Source: Candidatus Poriferisodalis sp.
Lineage (GTDB): Bacteria; Actinomycetota; Acidimicrobiia; Acidimicrobiales; Poriferisodalaceae
NCBI RefSeq assembly: GCF_965203655.1
Contig: NZ_CBDBDD010000007.1
Coordinates: 7,348 to 71,347 of the forward strand
Length of the DNA stretch: 64,000 bases
Direction: 5' to 3'
Shown: piece after piece, positions 63,718 to 64,000 of the stretch
Layout of the letters: each line of letters begins with the position of its first letter
How positions within the stretch are numbered: position 1 is the first letter of the stretch
Position numbers and translations under genes: made by a program
The notes under the pieces: generated by a model
The model's database searches: none
Told to the model about the DNA's origin: nothing
The model's input: only the letters and a program-made list of their open reading frames with translations

Positions 63718-64000
63718 TCCGCTGAGCGGTTCGCGGCTCGCGCACCCTGCTCCGTTCGAGCAGGCGCCCTGGGGGCGACGTCAGTGCGCGATCTGGGCCG
63801 GCCGAAAATTCCCCTATGACGCGGCGGCGAAGGCCGTTACACTGGTCCTGTTCCGCGTATCTCGCGTATGCGGATCACCAGGTGGGGCCCACTGGGTGCG
63901 AATGCGCTGCGGTGAGCCCTTCAACCGGTCGGCGCTGTCACAAACCGCGGCGACGCGGGGTTTGACAATGCAGAGCGGGAGCATCTCCCGTCGTACAGAA

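Overview
This is a visibly GC-rich window (roughly 70% by eye, not computed). Its gene content is typical of Actinomycetota: three WhiB genes, GlnR with glnA and glnII, SenX3/RegX3-type phosphate control, an Ssd-Tad/Flp locus and Mrp/ApbC. The presence of MreB and selenocysteine machinery suggests an Acidimicrobiia-like lineage, but that is inference only.

Bases 1-48.7 kb look like core chromosome. They carry:
- a CoA transferase;
- a three-gene membrane/DCC-thiol-oxidoreductase operon with tandem paralogs;
- a fused B12 acyl-CoA mutase, aat and cyclophilin;
- ask-asd and tRNA-Pro;
- a receiver-only regulator, NfeD and WhiB;
- selB and selA, separated by an odd tRNA-like element;
- Mrp, ErpA/HesB and a 2Fe-2S/Mo-hydroxylase-like fusion;
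- PPOX and RidA;
- glnR-glnA and glnII, then nadE;
- a sigma-70 factor and tRNA-Sec (selC);
- the Ssd-TadABC-Flp-TadE cluster;
- WhiB, TatA and WhiB;
- pstSCAB-phoU-senX3-regX3 with phased PHO boxes;
- an MFS transporter, a DUF2342-like protein, an epimerase, moaE, mreB, a HEAT-repeat protein and a PDZ-Lon protease.

Bases 48.7-64 kb look accessory, with patchy AT-rich spacers. They carry Fic, an M24 peptidase, two vapBC pairs, a DUF4143 ATPase, a VOC gene remnant, hipBA, an unknown two-gene module, a 972-aa CWB2 (S-layer-like) secreted protein, a NYN/zinc-ribbon protein, and a zeta/ParD-like toxin-antitoxin (TA) pair flanked by diverged duplicate small membrane-anchored proteins. No integrase, transposase, CRISPR array or rRNA was seen.

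The most unusual signals are:
- a leader cassette of about 50 nt, carrying a ribosome-binding site (RBS), present in three direct copies inside the island;
- a 72-nt tRNA-like structure plus a 14-bp hairpin in the selA-selB spacer;
- several phased tandem or inverted repeat elements in intergenic regions.

All coordinates and repeat identities were worked out by hand from the sequence. All functional calls are motif or recognition based, and no database search was run.
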